From sequence record NC_070962.1: 64,000 nt of DNA; one strand, given 5' to 3'. Every line of letters begins with the position of its first letter. Position 1 is the stretch's first letter. The notes beneath the pieces are model-generated. The model worked only from the letters and a program-made list of their open reading frames with translations. It was not told the origin of the DNA and did no database searches. The translations under genes were made by a program, and so were the position numbers. This document shows, one piece after another, positions 45,672-56,700 of this stretch.

Positions 45672-46286
45672 ATGTCAATTGAATTGATTCCTTTATTTTC
45701 TGTCCCTGTTATTAAGTTTAAGTTCAGTAAGCATAATAATTACAAGTTCCCAACCATCGAGAAGCAAGAACGTATTCCCGATGGTTGGGAATTATCGCTT
45801 AATAGTTCTTATCCTTGCATCGAAGATAATGATCCATACATCTTCCCAGAAACTAGGGATTGTATAGAACGTGATCTTTTCGCAGATGTTCAGGCAGTTT
45901 TAAAACGACTGGGAGTATCTTATAAAGGTGCTTACTTTACAGACATTTGGTATAATGTTTATCATGAAGATCAAGGACAAGAACCTCATGATCATTTGCT
46001 AAATGCTGGAGAACCTAATTCTTATTGGTCTGGTATTTACTATAATTGTGGAGCATCTCCTACAAAGTTTCATAACGCACATAGATACATGAAACTTTGT
46101 ATGCCACCTGACATACATCCAGATTCACCCATTGGTGAAATGTATAATGATATGCACGATCAGGAAGTTGAAGATGGTGATGTGATTTTATTCCCACCTT
46201 GGCTAGTTCATGAAGTGGTTCCAGATAAAACTAGGACTGATATGAGATTGACATTTACATTCAACGTGGGATATAATCATGAGTGA
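45672..46286 (+). CDS. 2OG-Fe(II) oxygenase-like (HxH type)
   Basis: [34 protein letters not shown]. Confidence 0.8.
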   Translation: MSIELIPLFSVPVIKFKFSKHNNYKFPTIEKQERIPDGWELSLNSSYPCIEDNDPYIFPETRDCIERDLFADVQAVLKRLGVSYKGAYFTDIWYNVYHEDQGQEPHDHLLNAGEPNSYWSGIYYNCGASPTKFHNAHRYMKLCMPPDIHPDSPIGEMYNDMHDQEVEDGDVILFPPWLVHEVVPDKTRTDMRLTFTFNVGYNHE

Positions 46287-47307
46287 TACAAAGAAAAAGA
46301 TGAAGACAGCATTAATTACTGGTATTACTGGACAAGATGGTTCATATCTTGCCGAGTTACTCCTTGAGAAAGGATATATGGTTCATGGTATTGTTCGGAG
46401 AGCATCTTTAATTAACACTGCTCGTATCGATCATATCTTTGACCATAAACGAGTTAAGTTGCATTATGGTGATCTAACTGATTCTGCCAATATTGTTCAT
46501 ATCCTTCAGCAATGTCAACCTGATGAGATTTACAATCTTGCTGCACAGAGTCATGTGAAGGTGTCTTTTGAGATGCCTGAGTACACTGGTAACGTTGATG
46601 GTCTTGGTACACTTCGTATCCTTGAGGCAGTTCGTATTCTAGGTATGGAGAAAAAGTGCCGTATCTATCAGGCATCAACATCTGAGATGTATGGTCTTGT
46701 TCAGGAGACACCTCAGACAGAAACTACACCTTTCTATCCACGTTCTCCCTATGGTTGTGCAAAGGTATACTCCTATTGGATCACAAAGAATTATCGTGAG
46801 TCCTATGGAATGTATGCTTGCACTGGTATTCTATTCAATCATGAGTCACCTCGTCGTGGTGAGACTTTTGTAACTCGTAAGATTTGTCGTGGTCTATCAC
46901 GTATTTCTGTAGGAGAGCAGAAGGTTTTGTACCTTGGAAACCTAGATGCAAAACGAGATTGGGGACATGCAAAAGACTATGTTCGTGCTATGTGGTTGAT
47001 GCTACAACAGGATGAACCTGATGATTTTGTAATTGCTACGGGTGAACAGTATTCAGTTCGTGAATTTGTAGAGAAGGTTGCTCCTTACTTCGGAATCACA
47101 ATTGAATGGCATGGTGAAGGTGATGATGAAATTGGTATGGATAAGCATACTAAGAAAACAATTATTGCCGTACATCCTAAATATTACCGACCTGCTGAAG
47201 TTGAAACTCTACTTGGTGATGCCACCAAGGCAAAAGAGAAACTTGGTTGGGAACCTGAAATTTCTTTCGATGAACTAATTGAGGACATGTGCATCTATGG
47301 ACAGTGA
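46279..47307 (+). CDS. gmd: GDP-mannose 4,6-dehydratase
   Basis: [52 protein letters not shown]. Confidence 0.97.
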   Translation: MSDTKKKMKTALITGITGQDGSYLAELLLEKGYMVHGIVRRASLINTARIDHIFDHKRVKLHYGDLTDSANIVHILQQCQPDEIYNLAAQSHVKVSFEMPEYTGNVDGLGTLRILEAVRILGMEKKCRIYQASTSEMYGLVQETPQTETTPFYPRSPYGCAKVYSYWITKNYRESYGMYACTGILFNHESPRRGETFVTRKICRGLSRISVGEQKVLYLGNLDAKRDWGHAKDYVRAMWLMLQQDEPDDFVIATGEQYSVREFVEKVAPYFGITIEWHGEGDDEIGMDKHTKKTIIAVHPKYYRPAEVETLLGDATKAKEKLGWEPEISFDELIEDMCIYGQ

Positions 47308-48301
47308 TTCTAAAATTTACGTTGCAGGTCATAATGGACTTGTAGGATCTGCAATTGTACGAAAATTAAAAGCAGACGGGTATACTAATATCCTTAATCC
47401 CGTACATAAAGTTCCAAATCTTCTATATTATCAAGAAGTTTTTGATTTTTTTGAAGCAGAGAGACCAGACTATGTGTTCTGTGCAGCTGCTAAAGTTGGT
47501 GGAATTCTTGGAAATAAGAACTATAAGGCAGATATCATCTGGGAAAACTTGATGATTCAGACTAATCTTATTGAATGTTCTTGGGATTGGAATGTTAAAA
47601 AACTTGTATTTTTAGGATCATCTTGCATTTATCCAAAACATGCACAGATTCCTATTAAAGAAGATGCGTTAATGACTGGTCCACTTGAACCAACTAATGA
47701 TGCATATGCTGTCGCAAAGATTGCTGGTATCAAGATGTGTCAGTCCTATCATGAACAACATGGGTTTAATGGTATTAGTCTGATGCCATGCAATTTATAT
47801 GGTCCAGGTGATAATTTTCATCCAGAAAAGTCACATGTTCTTCCTGGATTGATTCATAGATTTCATGAAGCAAAAGAGCAAAATCTACCTACAGTAACAT
47901 GCTGGGGTGATGGTTCACCACTTCGTGAGTTTCTTCACGTAGATGATCTTGCTGATGCTTGTGTTTATTTGATGAATAATTATGATGATCCGCAACAAAT
48001 TATTAATGTTGGATCTGGAACCGAAGTATCGATTAGAGAGTTGGCAGAGACTATTGCAGATGTTGTTGGATATAAGGGTCTTATTATGTGGGATACTGAA
48101 AAACCAAATGGCACTATGCGTAAAGTTATGGATGTTTCCAGAATCAAAGCAACTGGATGGGAACCAAAGATTGGTCTTCGTGAAGGAATTCAAATGACCT
48201 ATGATTGGTATATTGAAAAGCAAGGTGTAATTCGAGGCATCGATGATATTGAAGATGAGGTGAATGAGATTCTTAAAAAGAGTAATTGTAGTGGGTGTTG
48301 A
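47297..48301 (+). CDS. fcl: GDP-L-fucose synthase
   Basis: [56 protein letters not shown]. Confidence 0.95.
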   Translation: MDSDSKIYVAGHNGLVGSAIVRKLKADGYTNILNPVHKVPNLLYYQEVFDFFEAERPDYVFCAAAKVGGILGNKNYKADIIWENLMIQTNLIECSWDWNVKKLVFLGSSCIYPKHAQIPIKEDALMTGPLEPTNDAYAVAKIAGIKMCQSYHEQHGFNGISLMPCNLYGPGDNFHPEKSHVLPGLIHRFHEAKEQNLPTVTCWGDGSPLREFLHVDDLADACVYLMNNYDDPQQIINVGSGTEVSIRELAETIADVVGYKGLIMWDTEKPNGTMRKVMDVSRIKATGWEPKIGLREGIQMTYDWYIEKQGVIRGIDDIEDEVNEILKKSNCSGC

Positions 48302-48304
48302 TAA

Positions 48305-49294
48305 ATGAAAACAGCATTAGTATGTGGAGCAGGTGGATTCATTGGAAGTCACATGGTTCGTCGTCTCAAGAAAGAAGGGTATTGGGTTCGTGGTGTTGAT
48401 CTAAAGTATCCAGAGTTTTCGGAAACAGAAGCAGATGAGTTTATCATTGGTGATTTAACTGATGATGCGTTGGCATTGAATGTTTGTAATCGTTCTTTTG
48501 ATGAGATCTATCAGTTTGCTGCCGACATGGGTGGTGCAGGATATCTCTTTACAGGTGAGAACGATGCAAACATTATGCATAATTCTGTTCAGATTAATCT
48601 GAATGTTCTAAGAGCAGCATCAATTACTTCAATCGACACTACGAAAATTTTCTATTCATCTTCTGCCTGTGTTTATTCAGAACTCAACCAGGAGGATGTA
48701 GATCATATTGATACTTCAGAGGCAAGTGTATATCCTGCACTTCCAGATTCTGAGTATGGTTGGGAGAAACTATTCAGTGAGAGACTTTATTTTGCATTTG
48801 CAAAGCAGTATGGTCTAGACGTAAAGGTTGCTCGTTATCACAATGTATTCGGTCCTGAGGGAACTTGGACTGGTGGTAAGGAGAAAGTACCTGCTGCTAT
48901 GTGCCGCAAGGTTGCAGAGGTTTCTGATGTTGGTGGTCATGTAGAAGTCTGGGGTGATGGTGAACAAACTAGATCTTTCCTATTCATTGATGAATGTATT
49001 GAAGCAACCTATCGTTTGATGCAATCAGATTGGAGTGGTCCAGTGAATATTGGATCTGAGGAAATGGTATCTATTAATGAACTAGTAGACATTGTTGCTG
49101 AAGTTGCTGGCAAACCTGTGCGTCGAGTTCATAAGATTGATGCCAACTGTATTGGTGTAAAGGCACGTAACTCTAATAATGATTTGATCCGTAAGATGCT
49201 AGAATGGGACTATACAATGTCCTTGAAAGAAGGTATTGAAATTACCTATAATTGGATTAATCAGCAAGTTAAGGAGAGTGTTTCATGTTCCTAG
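48305..49294 (+). CDS. NAD-dependent epimerase, GDP-mannose 3,5-epimerase-like
   Basis: GAGGFIGSH, FAADMGG, YSSSACVY, YGWEKL, RYHNVFGP..TW.GGKEK.PAA.CRK, WGDG.QTRSF. Confidence 0.8.
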   Translation: MKTALVCGAGGFIGSHMVRRLKKEGYWVRGVDLKYPEFSETEADEFIIGDLTDDALALNVCNRSFDEIYQFAADMGGAGYLFTGENDANIMHNSVQINLNVLRAASITSIDTTKIFYSSSACVYSELNQEDVDHIDTSEASVYPALPDSEYGWEKLFSERLYFAFAKQYGLDVKVARYHNVFGPEGTWTGGKEKVPAAMCRKVAEVSDVGGHVEVWGDGEQTRSFLFIDECIEATYRLMQSDWSGPVNIGSEEMVSINELVDIVAEVAGKPVRRVHKIDANCIGVKARNSNNDLIRKMLEWDYTMSLKEGIEITYNWINQQVKESVSCS

Positions 49295-50136
49295 TAGCAA
49301 CTACAAGATCAGTCTTATATGTACGTGAAGACAATGTAATCACTCCTGTGGATCGTGGTAAAGGTCTTTACTATGGTCTAGCAAAAAGTTTCGGTAAGTA
49401 TTATGTTGCTTGTCGCAATAGTGATCCAACTCATACGAATAAATTTATTCCTCCCGAAGAAGAGTCTGGGGATATTATTGTATTAGATAATAAACTACGA
49501 GCAGAAACTATTCTGCAACCAGAAGATTTTAAACTGCAAGATCTTCATGGCATTGGATTCTGGTCTGGTAAACTTCTTTGCACATCAAGTTATGGTGATT
49601 ACATTGCAATCTATGATGGTGAGAAGTGGGATCGTTGGCAACCAATTCCACCAAGACGTAACTGCAGTTACCGAGATAGTCATCACCTAAACACTGTTTA
49701 CGGAACTGATAATCGTTTATATATCCTTGCACATAATTGGGATAACGGTAGTTATATTCTTGAGTTTGATGGTATTGGTCAACCACCAAGACAGATTCAT
49801 AGTAATATGGGTATCCAGTGCCATGATCTTTGGTCACATAAAGGTGATATCTACACTCTGAGTTCTAAGGAAGGATGCGTAAGGTCTACTGGTGGTTTTG
49901 TAAAAGATCTTGGTGGATGGGTACGTGGTTTTGCTCACGTAGACAATCACTTCTGGGTTGGTGTTTCACCCACGGCAAAGAGAAGTGATCGTGCATTTGG
50001 TGATGGCATCATCCGTAAGTACGATGAGGACTGGAATCAAGTTGGTGAACTTATTCTAGAAGACGAAGGACAAGTCCTAGCAATTCTTGACATTGGACGC
50101 AAAGCATCAAATCCACAACTCTCAATGTTATCATGA
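49285..50136 (+). CDS. Hypothetical protein, probable beta-propeller
   Basis: Repeated short beta-hairpin blades (HLNTV, HDLW, RGF). Confidence 0.55.
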   Translation: MFLVATTRSVLYVREDNVITPVDRGKGLYYGLAKSFGKYYVACRNSDPTHTNKFIPPEEESGDIIVLDNKLRAETILQPEDFKLQDLHGIGFWSGKLLCTSSYGDYIAIYDGEKWDRWQPIPPRRNCSYRDSHHLNTVYGTDNRLYILAHNWDNGSYILEFDGIGQPPRQIHSNMGIQCHDLWSHKGDIYTLSSKEGCVRSTGGFVKDLGGWVRGFAHVDNHFWVGVSPTAKRSDRAFGDGIIRKYDEDWNQVGELILEDEGQVLAILDIGRKASNPQLSMLS

Positions 50137-51002
50137 AGATTTATATTTGGGGTCACAAACTCCACGAACATACTCATAGTTACATTCATGCCTCATATTA
50201 CAAGGCATTTGAATATCTAGGACACGAAGTTTATTGGATTGACTCAAGAGATGATTTGAGTCAATATGACTTTAGTGATTCTGTATTCTTTACAGAAAAC
50301 TTTGTAAAGGGTGGAATGCCTCTTCGTAAGGATTGTAAGTACATTACTCACCACATTGATACTAAGTATCTAACTGATGCTGGTGTTCCTTACGAAAATG
50401 TTTTGAAGTTGGGGAACTATCTACCAAGTCTAGAGGTTCATGAGAAGGTAGATCATCTAGCATATTGGGATCAATCTACTCGTACTCTTTATCAAACTTG
50501 GGGAACAGATCTACTACCTCATGAAATTGATGAGGATAATCCTGCTAAGTTCAGTCACAGTAATAAGTTTCTGAATTATATTGGGATGATGTATGAGCAA
50601 GGACCCTGGTGGGCACAATCATTTGCAGATATCCTTTGGGAAAAGAAAAATGTTGTGTTTAAAGTCTTCACACAGAATGCATCATTTGAAGAAAACCTAG
50701 AACTGATCAGGTCATCTTATCTTTGCCCTGATTTTAGAAGTGATTGGCACTTGCAATGTGGATACATTCCGTGTAGAATATTTAAGAATATCAGTTATGG
50801 TAGAGTAACTGGAACTAATTCACCATTTGTAAAACGTGCATTCGGTGATTATGTTGCATACGGTGGAACACCAGACACCCTGCTTTCAAATCTATTAGAA
50901 GCAGATGCTGGTGGAGATATTGATATTAGAGAGGCAATGCTTTTCGTCAAAGAAAATCATACATTCATTAACAGAGTAAATACTATCCTGAAGTTCTTAT
51001 GA
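50133..51002 (+). CDS. Putative glycosyltransferase (GT-B-like)
   Basis: YIPCRIFKNISYG, HTFINRVN at the C-terminus; cluster context. Confidence 0.55.
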   Translation: MKIYIWGHKLHEHTHSYIHASYYKAFEYLGHEVYWIDSRDDLSQYDFSDSVFFTENFVKGGMPLRKDCKYITHHIDTKYLTDAGVPYENVLKLGNYLPSLEVHEKVDHLAYWDQSTRTLYQTWGTDLLPHEIDEDNPAKFSHSNKFLNYIGMMYEQGPWWAQSFADILWEKKNVVFKVFTQNASFEENLELIRSSYLCPDFRSDWHLQCGYIPCRIFKNISYGRVTGTNSPFVKRAFGDYVAYGGTPDTLLSNLLEADAGGDIDIREAMLFVKENHTFINRVNTILKFL

Positions 51003-51787
51003 TCGGTTTTAATCATCTAGGTCAACATGGAAGACTTGGTAATCAAATGTTTCAATATGCTGCATTACGTGGTATTGCTGCAGCACGTGGATATGACTTC
51101 GCAATTCCTCAATCTAATTTTGAAGATGAGTGGAAAGATCATCAACTTTTTGAAACTTTTAAACTACCACATAATAAAAATCGTGGGTATCAACTACAAC
51201 CACAATACTATCAAGAGAAGCAATTTCACTATGATCAGACATATGTAGATAATTGTCCAGATCAAGTATGTCTATTTGGTTATTTTCAAACAGAACGGTA
51301 CTTTGAGCACATTGCTGATAGTATTCGTGAAGACTTTACTTTTAAAGATCATATTGTAGAAACTTGCCAAGGTTTTATTGATCAAGTAAACAATCCTATC
51401 GCACTCCATGTTCGTAGGACTGATTATGTTACTAAATCAAAGGATCATCCACCTTGCAGTCTTGAGTATTATCAAGAAGCACTATCTAAGTTTGATGAAG
51501 ACCGTGATGTAATTGTATTCTCGGATGATCCTGAGTGGTGTAAGCAGCAAGAATTATTTGAATCTGATCGATTTATGGTTGCTGAAGGTAATGATAATCG
51601 TTATGATATGTGTCTGATCTCAATGTGTGATGACTTTATTATTGCAAACTCATCTTTTTCATGGTGGGGTGCCTGGTTGGCAAATCGTGGAACTGTGATT
51701 GCACCTTCTCAATGGTTTGGTGATGATGGGTACACTTCTAAGAATGATACCCGTGATATAGTACCTGATAGGTGGACAAGACTATGA
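50999..51787 (+). CDS. Alpha-1,2-fucosyltransferase (GT11)
   Basis: GRLGNQMFQYA, GYFQ, HVRRTDY, FSDD, IIANSSFSWWGAWL. Confidence 0.9.
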   Translation: MIGFNHLGQHGRLGNQMFQYAALRGIAAARGYDFAIPQSNFEDEWKDHQLFETFKLPHNKNRGYQLQPQYYQEKQFHYDQTYVDNCPDQVCLFGYFQTERYFEHIADSIREDFTFKDHIVETCQGFIDQVNNPIALHVRRTDYVTKSKDHPPCSLEYYQEALSKFDEDRDVIVFSDDPEWCKQQELFESDRFMVAEGNDNRYDMCLISMCDDFIIANSSFSWWGAWLANRGTVIAPSQWFGDDGYTSKNDTRDIVPDRWTRL

Positions 51788-52536
51788 TTGACTTATCAAT
51801 TGCTATTCCTACATATGAAATGGGAGGAGTTGGTCCTGACTATCTTAGGGAACTCTTTGCCAGTATTGAGAAGCAAACTTTTAAGAACTTTGAGGTTTGC
51901 ATCTCAGACCATTCTAAAGATGATTCTACTCTAGAAGTATGTGAAGAGTATTCTCAAGATTTTACTATTCAATATTTCAAGAATGTAGAGGATCGTGGTA
52001 ATGGACCAGCTAACACAAACTCAGCAGTTGAGATGTGTTCTGGTCAATATACTAAACTAATTTTCTCTGATGATTTATTCATCAATGATAATGCTTTTGA
52101 ATTAATTGTTAGGACCTTTGATGCTACTGATTGTGATTGGTTGTTCAATGGTTTCAAACATACTTCTGATGGGAGAAACTTTGTAAGACCAATGGTTCCT
52201 CGTTGGACTGATATGATGTTGGAGGGTAGAAACCTCCTTGGTTCTCCTTCTTGTGTTGCCTTTAAGACTGATAAATTTGTGGGATTTGATTCTAAACTAA
52301 AACTACTGATGGATACCGATTTCTATCATCGGATGCGTTGTGAGAATGGTGCTCCTGGATTGATTGAAGATTATCTTATTGCTAATCGTGAGCATCCGAA
52401 TAGAATTAGTTCTGCCAACGTTGATTACAACTATAGGTTTGATCATCCAGAAGGATCTTGGATTGTAAATAAGGAAGAACTTGATTACGTTCTAGAGAAA
52501 AACAAAAACAATACATACCAAAATGAGAAAGATTGA
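51784..52536 (+). CDS. GT2-family glycosyltransferase
   Basis: SIAIPTY, VCISDHS, N.GPAANTN, FSDD, DTDF. Confidence 0.85.
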   Translation: MIDLSIAIPTYEMGGVGPDYLRELFASIEKQTFKNFEVCISDHSKDDSTLEVCEEYSQDFTIQYFKNVEDRGNGPANTNSAVEMCSGQYTKLIFSDDLFINDNAFELIVRTFDATDCDWLFNGFKHTSDGRNFVRPMVPRWTDMMLEGRNLLGSPSCVAFKTDKFVGFDSKLKLLMDTDFYHRMRCENGAPGLIEDYLIANREHPNRISSANVDYNYRFDHPEGSWIVNKEELDYVLEKNKNNTYQNEKD

Positions 52537-53362
52537 TCTATCTAATGCAACTTTTATCGTCCCTATCAGATTAGAATCTGCGGATCGATTGCGAAATGTA
52601 ATTACAAGTTTGTGTTATATTCTTGCAAACTTCAAAACAAACGTAATAGTTCATGAAGTTGATTCCGAGTCTGTGTTTGCAGAAAGTGCTCTGCCACAGA
52701 TTACGGAATTTCTTGATGGAGATGTAGAAGGTCTTAAGCATATTTTTGAAGAATCTGATTCACCATCGTTTCATAGACAGAGAGTTCTCAATGATATGGT
52801 TATGATGTCAACTACTAAAGTAGTTGTTAATTATGATTGTGATATTATTCTTCCTAAGGAGACATATCAACATGCATATGAGATTATTAATAATGATCAT
52901 GCAGATGTAATCTATCCATATGGTGATGGTAATTGGCAGTATCAAGTCTTTGCTGATGATGAATTAGTTACGGAATTCCTCACTAATGAGTTTGATATTA
53001 AAATTCTAAATAAGAAGTCGAAAGTCTACATGTCCAAATATGGATTTTGTCAGTTCTTCAATAGAGATATCTACATTGAAGGTGGACTAGAGAATGAAAA
53101 CTTCGTAGCATATGCTCCAGAAGATGTAGAAAGATATCATAGGTTTACAACTCTTGGTTATAGAGTTGGCAGAGTTCCTGATTGGGTGTATCATTTGGAA
53201 CATGCCAGAACTCCAAATTCATGGGTCAACAATCCACATATGCAAAAGAATACTGCAGAGTGGGAAAAGATACAGAAAATGCAACCTAATGAATTGAGAG
53301 AGTATATCGATAGTCAAGAGTATTATCAAAAAAGGTTATGTCAAACACAACAATCGCAGTAG
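52523..53362 (+). CDS. GT-A glycosyltransferase (GT2/GT7-like)
   Basis: NYDCD (DxD), GGLENENFVAYAPEDVE, YHLEH. Confidence 0.75.
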   Translation: MRKIDLSNATFIVPIRLESADRLRNVITSLCYILANFKTNVIVHEVDSESVFAESALPQITEFLDGDVEGLKHIFEESDSPSFHRQRVLNDMVMMSTTKVVVNYDCDIILPKETYQHAYEIINNDHADVIYPYGDGNWQYQVFADDELVTEFLTNEFDIKILNKKSKVYMSKYGFCQFFNRDIYIEGGLENENFVAYAPEDVERYHRFTTLGYRVGRVPDWVYHLEHARTPNSWVNNPHMQKNTAEWEKIQKMQPNELREYIDSQEYYQKRLCQTQQSQ

Positions 53363-54030
53363 TTACTTCGTCTATTGGAACGAATGATTTAATTGCACCA
53401 GAGAAATGGTTGGATAAAGTTGACTATCATGCTTTTGTAGAACCACACAAAATATCAATTAGTGATATGTGGCATCGACATGAGTATGTTAGTTTTTCAC
53501 TAGATCCAAAATATAAGAATAGAAGGGACGCAAAAATCTATAAAGTCTGTCCACATTTATTTCTTCCTGGATATGACTATTATATTTGGATGGACTCTAC
53601 ACATATTTTAGAAGCAGATCCAGAAGAAATGATTGAAGAACATTTGAAAGGATCTGATATTGCAGTCTTCAAACATCCAGAGAGAGATTGTATCTATGAG
53701 GAAGGAAATCTAGTAAAACAAATTGGATTTGATCATGCTAACTTAGTAGAAGATCAACTTGACTTCTATCGGGAGATGGAGTATCCTGAACATAATGGTT
53801 TATATGAACTTCCTGTAAGAATTCAAAAGAATAATGGTCGAACACAGCAACTTGGTTTGATGTGGTGGGAACAGATTTGTATGTTCTCATCTAGAGACCA
53901 GATTAGTTTTCCTTTTGTTTGTAGTCATTTGGGAATTAAACCAAACATTATTCCTGGGAGAGCAAATACCATCCGAGGAAACAAATATATACCACAAGTT
54001 GTAAGTTCTCATCACAGTCGAGTTGGATAA
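53338..54030 (+). CDS. DUF616/MUCI70-like glycosyltransferase
   Basis: KIYKVCPH, IWMDS, HPERDCIYEE, RDQISFPF. Confidence 0.75.
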   Translation: MSNTTIAVVTSSIGTNDLIAPEKWLDKVDYHAFVEPHKISISDMWHRHEYVSFSLDPKYKNRRDAKIYKVCPHLFLPGYDYYIWMDSTHILEADPEEMIEEHLKGSDIAVFKHPERDCIYEEGNLVKQIGFDHANLVEDQLDFYREMEYPEHNGLYELPVRIQKNNGRTQQLGLMWWEQICMFSSRDQISFPFVCSHLGIKPNIIPGRANTIRGNKYIPQVVSSHHSRVG

Positions 54031-55352
54031 TGTGTAGTTTTCTTTTCACAGATTTGGATGTAAATGATTTTGAATATACAAATCATTACATGAGGTTTCG
54101 TGGTCCTGATGCCACAAATAGTATTCAGGTCAATGAGTATACAATTGCTCATAACATTCTCTCCATTACTGGAGACTTTACACCACAACCATTTGTAGAT
54201 CATGAAGATGAAATCGTTTGCGTATATAATGGACAAATCTATAATTATTCTGATTTTGGTGAGTACAAGTCTGATGGTGAGTGTATAATTCCAACTTATA
54301 AAAAATTTGGTGAACGTGCATTTATTACATTGGATGGTGAGTTTGCTATTGTACTAGCAGATTTTAAGAATAACCTTTTACATCTAGTTACAGACCCTTT
54401 TGCAACAAAACCATTATGGTATGGTATCAATGGTGGTAAGATTGCTGTAGCAAGTTATGAATCTGCTGTTAAGTCTTTAGGAATTAAAGCAACTAAGTTA
54501 GAAGCAAATACTATTCTAACTCTTGAACTAGATTCAAAGGCACATGTGAATTCTATTAGAACATATGATTTTGTTCTACATCAATTCAGTGAGTCATTTG
54601 ATGGATGGATTAAAGCATTTGAAGAATCTGTTCGTAAGAGAACCCGTGGTATTCGTGAGAAAGTATTCATTGGATTGTCCAGTGGATATGACAGTGGTGG
54701 AATTGCTTGTGAACTGAATAAGCAGAACGTACCTTACAAAGCATATACGGTTGTTGGTAATGAACAACAGGATGTACTTCGTAAGAGGTATGAGATGTTT
54801 AATGAGAACTCCTGTGGTGTTTATCTACAGGACAATCGTTGGGCATATAAAGAGTATATCAATAAGAATGTAGAAGAGTTTAAGTATCGTATCTACTCTT
54901 CTAGTAGTGATTACAATGAGTTTAATACTAGACTGCAGGATGACAATGGATCTTGTGGTCTTTCTATGATTTGTGATAATGCTCGCAAAGAAGGACATAA
55001 GATCTATCTCTCAGGATCTGGGTCAGATGAAATCTTCTCTGACTATGGATTTAATGGTGAGAAGAAGTTTTTGCATAGTAATTTTGGTGGTCTGTTCCCT
55101 GAAGATCTGGAAACTATATTCCCTTGGGCTTCATTTTATGGCAGTACTATGGTATCATATCTTGCGAAGGAAGAGTATGTTGCTGGTTCCTATGGTATAG
55201 AAACACGTTATCCATACTTGGATAAATACGTCGTTCAAGAATTCTTGTCACTGACACATACACTAAAGAATTCAAAGTATAAGTCTGTGCTTGATGAGTA
55301 TCTGACTAGATCAAACTATCCATTTGAAAAAAATATTAAGAGAGGTTTTTGA
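54030..55352 (+). CDS. Asparagine synthetase-like glutamine amidotransferase
   Basis: N-terminal Cys2, RGPD, YNGQIYN, LDGEFAI, LSSGYDS, LSGSGSDEIF, ETRYPYLD. Confidence 0.8.
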   Translation: MCSFLFTDLDVNDFEYTNHYMRFRGPDATNSIQVNEYTIAHNILSITGDFTPQPFVDHEDEIVCVYNGQIYNYSDFGEYKSDGECIIPTYKKFGERAFITLDGEFAIVLADFKNNLLHLVTDPFATKPLWYGINGGKIAVASYESAVKSLGIKATKLEANTILTLELDSKAHVNSIRTYDFVLHQFSESFDGWIKAFEESVRKRTRGIREKVFIGLSSGYDSGGIACELNKQNVPYKAYTVVGNEQQDVLRKRYEMFNENSCGVYLQDNRWAYKEYINKNVEEFKYRIYSSSSDYNEFNTRLQDDNGSCGLSMICDNARKEGHKIYLSGSGSDEIFSDYGFNGEKKFLHSNFGGLFPEDLETIFPWASFYGSTMVSYLAKEEYVAGSYGIETRYPYLDKYVVQEFLSLTHTLKNSKYKSVLDEYLTRSNYPFEKNIKRGF

Positions 55353-55897
55353 TGTCGTCCACATTATCTAAAGAAGTTCTTCTAAAGCATAAGAAGAACA
55401 ATGTATTTGTAGAAACAGGAACACTTTGGGGTGATGGAGTCGCAGTTGCTCTAGAGTGTGGTTACGATAAGGTGATCAGTATTGAGATTGATCCTGATCG
55501 TGTCGCAGCAAACTCTGAAAGGTTTGCTGAGGAGATTGCAGAGGGTCGTGTGGAATTGGTTGAGGGTGACACCTTTGATGTCTTTGAGGGCATTGTAGAG
55601 GGTCTAGAGGAACCAGCAACGTTCTGGTTAGATGCTCACTGGGATAATGATGGAGCACCAATCGGTGAGTATAAGTGCCCACTTCCATTTGAACTTGATA
55701 CGATTGCAAAGAGTGACATCAGAACTCATACTTTGATGATTGATGATCGTAGACTATTTGGTGATCAAGGAAGCACTTGGGGTAATACTATTGATGAGAG
55801 TGCAATCTATGAGCAGGTGACTGCTATCAACAAGTCTTACTTCATTTCTTATGAAGATGGTCATGTAGAGAATGATGTTATTGTTGCCTCTTGCTAA
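55352..55897 (+). CDS. SAM-dependent methyltransferase-like protein
   Basis: FVETGT..G, SIEID, FWLDAHW, LMIDD. Confidence 0.65.
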   Translation: MSSTLSKEVLLKHKKNNVFVETGTLWGDGVAVALECGYDKVISIEIDPDRVAANSERFAEEIAEGRVELVEGDTFDVFEGIVEGLEEPATFWLDAHWDNDGAPIGEYKCPLPFELDTIAKSDIRTHTLMIDDRRLFGDQGSTWGNTIDESAIYEQVTAINKSYFISYEDGHVENDVIVASC

Positions 55898-55899
55898 TT

Positions 55900-56700
55900 A
55901 TGAATTACAATGTTTTTACTACGGCTAATAAGTCGTACTTTCCTTTTGTCGATGTGCTTGTAAATTCTCTAACCGAGAATTGTCCAAACCTCAATAGAAT
56001 TTATATTGCAGACTGTGGTCTAGGTGAATACCGTAAGTATCTTCAGGATAAAGACAATGTGTGTATTATGGACACAGATGTCACTGATGAATATGCTGGT
56101 GTTCATTCTGAAGGTTGGGTAAAGGCAACTCAACAGAAGACTAGAGTTCTGAGCAAACTTCTGACCATGATGGATTTTGAAGACCCACTCATTATGATTG
56201 ATAGTGATGTGTGCGTTCTAGAAGATCTGGCACAGGTCATTGATAAGGAGTTTGATATGCAAGTGACTACAATGAATACTGGTGGTCATACCCGTGCTGA
56301 TGGAATCTTTATCAGTGAGATTGCAAGTTTCTTGGTTATCAATAACAGTAGTCTCGGTAAGGTTTTTGTCCGCAATTGGATCAAGCAGATGGAAGAGTTT
56401 GCTGAGAATGGTACTCCATTCCCTCACGAAACTCCTGCACTAAATATGATTTTGCAGAATAACACCTTCCTTAATATTGGTTATCTGAAAGAATTGGAAG
56501 TTTGTGCAGATCAAGAATTAACATCAAGAACTTTATCAGTACACTTTAAGAGCAATGGTTCCACAAAGGACAATCCTGTGGTAAACTTTGAGAATAGAGT
56601 GATGTCTGTTGATAATAAAACAGAGACTGACCTTGATATTGACAAATACTTGAATGAAGAAATGTACGATCAATGGAGATCTGAATATGAAACTAACTGA
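55900..56700 (+). CDS. Nucleotide-diphospho-sugar transferase (GT-A, GT77-like)
   Basis: KT.VL..LL, IMIDSDV (DxD), ETPALN, VHFK. Confidence 0.65.
   Translation: MNYNVFTTANKSYFPFVDVLVNSLTENCPNLNRIYIADCGLGEYRKYLQDKDNVCIMDTDVTDEYAGVHSEGWVKATQQKTRVLSKLLTMMDFEDPLIMIDSDVCVLEDLAQVIDKEFDMQVTTMNTGGHTRADGIFISEIASFLVINNSSLGKVFVRNWIKQMEEFAENGTPFPHETPALNMILQNNTFLNIGYLKELEVCADQELTSRTLSVHFKSNGSTKDNPVVNFENRVMSVDNKTETDLDIDKYLNEEMYDQWRSEYETN

Noticed and set aside
46260-47300. wcaG RNA motif upstream of gmd/fcl
   Set aside because: The genes overlap their neighbours with no intergenic space, and no matching structure was seen.
48305-49294. Phage ascorbate pathway (GME feeding 2OG oxygenases with reductant)
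   Set aside because: The downstream enzymes (GDP-L-Gal phosphorylase, L-Gal dehydrogenase, lactone oxidase) are not recognisable in the window.
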